Part shown: piece by piece, positions 59,811 through 64,000 of the stretch
Numbering within the stretch: the stretch's first letter is position 1
Layout: every line of letters starts with the position of its first letter
Assembly (NCBI GenBank): GCA_002269645.1
Contig: NIVC01002936.1
Coordinates: forward strand, 1-64,000
Source: Macrostomum lignano
Taxonomy: Eukaryota
Length of the DNA stretch: 64,000 nt
Direction: 5' to 3'
The notes under the pieces: generated by a model
Told to the model about the DNA's origin: nothing
The model's database searches: none
What the model saw: the letters and a program-made list of their open reading frames with translations, nothing else
Position numbers and translations under genes: made by a program

Positions 59811-60859
59811 TCATATCATATTGCTCGCCCCCTCTTTAACGTATCTGGAAAGGTTCTCACCCGCAAAAATTCTGATACAGAAAGTTAGGCTTCGCATAAG
59901 TCCACCCAGAGGAGTGTCCAGTTTTTCTTCTTTTTCAATCCATCAGTCTGACTCTCGGTCTCGCTTCAAAGACTTCTTTCCCAAGGACGTGATTAATATT
60001 TCTCCAAGTAGACCCTTTCCTCCAAAAGTTCTCAATAATAATTTTTCTTTCGTTTGAAGTCGTTTCTTTTTTAATAAGAGCAAAATATACTCGTTGATCA
60101 ATCTTTGCTGACCTGATTGGCAGTGATGAGGGCTGCAGTGCTGTGTCTCCAAATTAGGGCTCTTGAGTTCCTTCCTCTACGATAGCTATAGTTAATTGAT
60201 GTTTCTGATCTTTTCTATCTGGAATAATTGGTACATGGTGTCTTTGATTTTGAGAATATTGGTGTACCTATTTTTAGATTTATGTACAATCATAATTTGT
60301 GATTATTTTGCGGATGAGTTGAGCACTTGCTTGAAGCTGGCTTAACCCGACGAGTTTCAACAGCAGCCTCCTTACTTTAATGTGTTCTTACCTTAACTGT
60401 TATTGTTAATCTACTTAATGAGGTAAATAACCAGCCATCCAGTTGTAGCCTGTGCTGAGATCTGCCTGAGAATAAACTCATCACATTTCAATAGGTCGAC
60501 CTTAATTCCTTTCTAAATAAATAAAGAAATAATATTTTCTTCTGGCTAATGGGCAGCGTTTTAACGCATCGGTATCCATTTTTATTTATTATATTTGACT
60601 GTAACAGAGGACCATTAAAAACGAGACTTTGTGACAAAAATAAAAGTGAGAGAGCTTTGTTATACAATAAGTACGAGCTATTACGTAATAACTGTACGGT
60701 TCACGCACCGTGCACAATTACGCCCGAACTCGCTCACAAGAGTCTTAAACTGTGAGCGATCAAGTTTGGCAAGAATCCTCGCGACAAAACGGTCTTTAGG
60801 TACCTGCCGATTGCAGCTGATCTACAAGCAGAATTAGCCTCATCGCTGATCCGACCGCC

Positions 60860-61608
60860 TTACAGCTTCCCGTTGTGCCAGCTCTTCGTGTGCAGCTGCA
60901 CCACGTAAGCTTCGGGAAACGCAGCGATACACTTAGCCTCTTCTTCGTCCGTCATGCGACCGAGGTCCTTGCAGGCAGCCACCTTGTTGGTGTACCAGCT
61001 GAACGGATTAAAGTACTTGGCCTCGAAGATTTTCGCATCTGTTGGCTTCTCCTTCATGTAGTCCCTCAGCTCTTGCATTAGAATCTCAGGCCCGGTGGTA
61101 AAGTCCACTGTCCCCCCCCCTGCCAAAGTGTTGGTTCACCATCACTCTTGCGATCAGCCGCATCCAAAACGGATGGCCGGGTCGCGAGGCCATGAGTGAG
61201 TTCTCGACGTAAGTCCGCAGCAACGAATCTTCCTGGTTGAGGCCGTCCATGCCGCCGAACAGCATCGCGGTGGAGTTGAGCAGGTGCTCGAAGTTCTTCT
61301 GACAAACTGCGTCAAGGTCAGCATAGATGTCCTCCAAAGTGGAACATGTAGAAGTACCTGGCGACATCGGCTCTTTCCACCGGCTTTTTGAAGCTAAAGT
61401 ACACCGGCAGGAACCATGGGTAATGGTCTCGCACCAGCGCCAGGTTGTCATCGTCGGTCCAGAAGCGAAATTCCCAGTTCGGAAAGCAGGTCTGCCAGCT
61501 GGCGCTCCAGCGCTGCGCTCGTCTGGTGGGCAGCTTGCGGCTCTTCCAGCTTTGGTGTATCATCGGCGTGACAAAGTTGCCGACGCGCTGCTCTGATGTT
61601 TGACCGAT
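60860..61608 (-). CDS. GT32-family (DXD) glycosyltransferase exon, MIPC-synthase/Och1-like, two apparent frameshifts
   Basis: Joined frames: IHQSWKS..WSASWQTCFPNWEFRFWTDDDN..YPWFLPVY..ERADVARYFYMFHFGG/IYADLD..ENSLMASRPGHPFW../TTGPEIL..HTKSW. Breaks near 61330 and at the C9 run 61112-61120. Likely acceptor at 61609-61610; upstream exon not located. Confidence 0.82.
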
Positions 61609-62834
61609 CTGTGCAGTGGCGTGCAATGGATTCTGCTGTTAGTGTTACCGAAAGCATATCCCCCGAAGAGAAAGTGCAAAATTAAAAAACTGTGATCACA
61701 ATCAAGAAATCAAAAGGCGCAACATTTGTCCCCCCCATCCTCAAGAGCTCATTGGCTTGCCACACGCCGCCTACGATATGTACAACACCGCCATTCATTT
61801 GCATCTCTCTGAATCAACCTCTTCTCAGAATGAACGACTTCAAGGGACAGATCTTGTATTCCCATATGATGTTGCCAATTAGCAAGTTTACCAAGTTTGT
61901 CGTATTGTAAAGTTGTGCACTTTCATTTCGTTCAGAACAGTGTTGGAATGGTAAAAAAATGAATCCTGTTATCATGGCTTCGTTCTAGGCAAGCTAAGAG
62001 ACAGGTAGCCGGAGATCCTAAAGAAAAACCTTTGTTTAAATTAATATTTCAGTCTATTTTCCAGTATTGAGAGCGCCAAGAGCAGTAAGTAAAACGCCGG
62101 TACTCGGATGGGATAGGGCTGGTGCCTATTGCTTCTTTCTGCTTGTCATATGCCTAGTTACCTGAAGCACCTGAGGTCTCACGAAGTCCTGAAGACTCCT
62201 GATGCATGCTTAAAAGCGATCGGACTATCAGCAGAGCGAGTGCAGCGACTGCCGCCTTGATTACAGTTAGGATCCGCATTTGCGAAAGCCGCGTGCAAGC
62301 TTCCGTGAGGACGGTCCGACTGGTGAATTCGCTTCTATTTATGTACTTTATTTTGCATATGCCATATGCTTTGCAAAGTGATGTGTATGGACTATTGCTT
62401 CATTTTATGTCTATGACAGAAACCTTCGTTAACTATGCAAAGTGATGAACACCAAGCTCACAAGAAGGCTCTTTACTTTTAGGGTCGATTACCTGCTTTA
62501 AATCTTCCATTTAACCTTACGAATTCAATCCATAGCTCGCACATCGGATCGACTGTAGAATATATTTTAAGTTCAGAGCAAAATAATGATAAATTTGTGT
62601 CACTTTATTTGACTGCAATGACATGCCACGATGCATGCGAAGTCTAGGAGTAAGCTGAAAAAGCAGGTCAACATATCAAAACATAACATGACATAGCAAA
62701 GCCTCTCGGAGAATGGTATAGGCGAGTAACTATTCTTGCTGATTGGTTTGTACGAGTTGAAGAAATGGTCCGATCCTGCACAGTAGATCATCAGCATCAA
62801 ACGCCAAGCATTGACAAATCGGCCATTGACAAAA

Positions 62835-63515
62835 TAGATAGATGAGAATAGAAGTAGATTGATAAGAATTGAAGTAGATGAATGAGAATAGAAGTAGATA
62901 GATGAGAATAGAAGTAGATTGATAAGAATTGAAGTAGATGAATGAGAATAGAAGTAGATAGATGAGAATAGAAGTAGATTGATAAGAATCGAAGTAGATG
63001 AATGAGAATAGAAGTAGATAGATGAGAATAGAAGTAGATTGATAAGAATTGAAGTAGATGAATGAGAATAGAAGTAGATAGATGAGAATAGAAGTAGATT
63101 GATAAGAATCGAAGTAGATGAATGAGAATAGAAGTAGATAGATGAGAATAGAAGTAGATTGATAAGAATTGAAGTAGATGAATGAGAATAGAAGTAGATA
63201 GATGAGAATAGAAGTAGATTGATAAGAATCGAAGTAGATGAATGAGAATAGAAGTAGATAGATGAGAATAGAAGTAGATAGATGAGAATAGAAGTAGATA
63301 GATGAGAATAGAAGTAGATAGATGAGAATAGAAGTAGATAGATGAGAATAGAAGTAGATAGATGAGAATAGAAGTAGATAGATGAGAATAGAAGTAGATA
63401 GATGAGAATAGAAGTAGATAGATGAGAATAGAAGTAGATAGATGAGAATAGAAGTAAATAGATGAGAATAGAAGTAGATAGATGAGAATAGAAGTAGATA
63501 GATGAGAATAGAAGT
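62835..63515. repeat. 20-bp satellite AGATAGATGAGAATAGAAGT with a 60-bp higher-order block
   Basis: The 60-bp period is evident at 62881-63240; pure monomer follows. Confidence 0.95.
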
Positions 63516-64000
63516 ATACAGAAGAGGAATTAAAATAGATAGATTAGACTGAATAGACTGAAGTGTTCCATACCTGTATACTATTGCATAGGTAAATTTC
63601 CATATTAGTAAAAATCATGAGCAACAAATATGAATGCATCATATTTCATCAATTAATCAACTGGTCTCTATAGTATCAAATTTCTAAAGCCACATCGACG
63701 CTAGCTGTATTTTTTTAATAGCAATCAATCAATGCATCAGAGCATGCAGCCTCCCTAATGATTGGTAGATCAAGCATCTTCATAACTGGATTGTGCATTT
63801 TTTATTAAGAAGGCAAGTGCTTGACGTATATACGCATGCGGACAGTGAGAGAGATCAACCAGCTCACCTCTAGGATGCATATTCGTCAGATAACAAGACC
63901 TTGAACTTGTTTTTTTCGTCAAAAGGTCAATCAATGAATTAGTGAAGTTAAAGTGAAACTTCATCCCGCTGTTTTCCGTTTCAGTGACGTTCGGTTGCCT

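Noticed and set aside
1380-59888. Numerous Cys-, Ser/Leu- or Ile/Gly-rich ORFs and antisense ORFs in the track
   Set aside because: They are translations of tandem arrays or shadows of GC-rich exons and TE coding regions.
59850-60400. Possible L2/CR1-like pre-RT fragment (IENFWRKGSTWRNINHVLGK, minus strand)
   Set aside because: Only a weak, short resemblance, interrupted by stops.
62030-62445. Upstream signal-anchor exon of the GT32 gene, or the 79-aa plus-strand ORF
   Set aside because: A hydrophobic stretch (FYLLLLALSIL) exists on the minus strand but lacks an in-frame ATG and a clear donor. The plus-strand ORF has no recognizable motif.

Overview
Eukaryotic (animal) genomic DNA, not prokaryotic. 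GC-rich exons, satellite-filled introns and the channel type suggest a free-living flatworm such as Macrostomum (inference, not tested). Left to right: (1) <1-32278, 23 exons of a USP34-like deubiquitinase (+) whose phases join consistently, with intact Cys and His boxes. 19 of its 22 introns are expanded by tandem arrays (one about 7 kb), and one holds a non-autonomous LTR element with PBS, PPT and a 5-bp TSD. (2) 33.5-38.3 kb, a decayed Ty3/gypsy element carrying a tRNA-derived SINE (14-bp TSD) and a LINE 3' end (12-bp TSD), followed by a foldback inverted repeat. (3) 39-47.4 kb, a tandemly duplicated secreted WSC-domain gene: copy 1 is broken by two RNase H-type LINEs; copy 2 has three WSC exons and one in-frame TAA. 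(4) 47.8-49.3 kb, a DIRS/Ngaro-type tyrosine-recombinase remnant inside a 57-bp satellite. (5) 52.3-58.1 kb, an anion-selective Cys-loop channel (GluCl/GlyR-like). (6) 60.9-61.6 kb, a GT32 glycosyltransferase exon on the minus strand. Best leads: a covarying 3' stem-loop shared by the SINE and two LINE copies; the minimal-intron-plus-satellite architecture, including an inverted satellite pair around four exons; an intronic GTCACGTGAC cluster; and a frame-restoring GT-AG insert in the recombinase. All coordinates were read by eye and no database searches were run.
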